A stretch of DNA of 62,433 nt, the filler included, from Chiloscyllium plagiosum (Eukaryota): assembly GCF_004010195.1 (NCBI RefSeq). It is 4 parts of one record of this genome, joined end to end, with 100 filler letters (N's around TTAATTAATTAA, not from the genome) between each part and the next. Parts side by side here need not be neighbours in the genome. Positions count along the whole stretch, not along the records: positions 56,779 to 62,433 come from NC_057717.1; 3 more parts are not named here. One strand, written 5' to 3'. A program made the translations under genes and the position numbers. Under the pieces are notes generated by a model. That model ran no database searches. It was not told the origin of the DNA and saw nothing but the letters and a program-made list of their open reading frames with translations. Shown in pieces: positions 62,410 through 62,433 of this stretch; the first letter of the stretch is position 1, and every line of letters starts with the position of its first letter.

Positions 62410-62433
62410 TTGCCATCTGCCAACCGCACCCCC

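Overview
This is eukaryotic, repeat-dominated DNA, most likely from a cartilaginous fish (shark). That call rests on HE1-type tRNA-derived SINEs, abundant CR1/HER1 LINEs and exon-1 relics of the shark-expanded GPR139-like GPCR family. I see no intact protein-coding gene; the ORF track is almost entirely TE fragments, microsatellites or N-gap read-through. Main structures: (1) a ~17-kb inverted duplication (arms 7303-15018 and 16444-24254), each arm carrying a disabled GPR139-like exon 1 with a 42-bp (14-aa) N-terminal repeat, a solo LTR and a 15-nt microexon-like cassette; (2) an older ~3-kb inverted duplication (46176-49197 / 53605-56678); (3) many fossil PIF/Harbinger pieces (DDE transposase plus intron-containing Myb/SANT gene); (4) Penelope-like elements carrying minimal hammerhead-ribozyme motifs, including a hairpin-shaped insertion with a 15-bp TSD; (5) a deleted Gmr1-type Gypsy LTR element, a near full-length L1-clade LINE and many CR1 copies. 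Several N gaps and TTAATTAATTAA linkers mark scaffold joins, so the orientation of the large repeats needs long-read confirmation. Family assignments come from motif recognition by eye, identities are estimates, and many TE boundaries are approximate.
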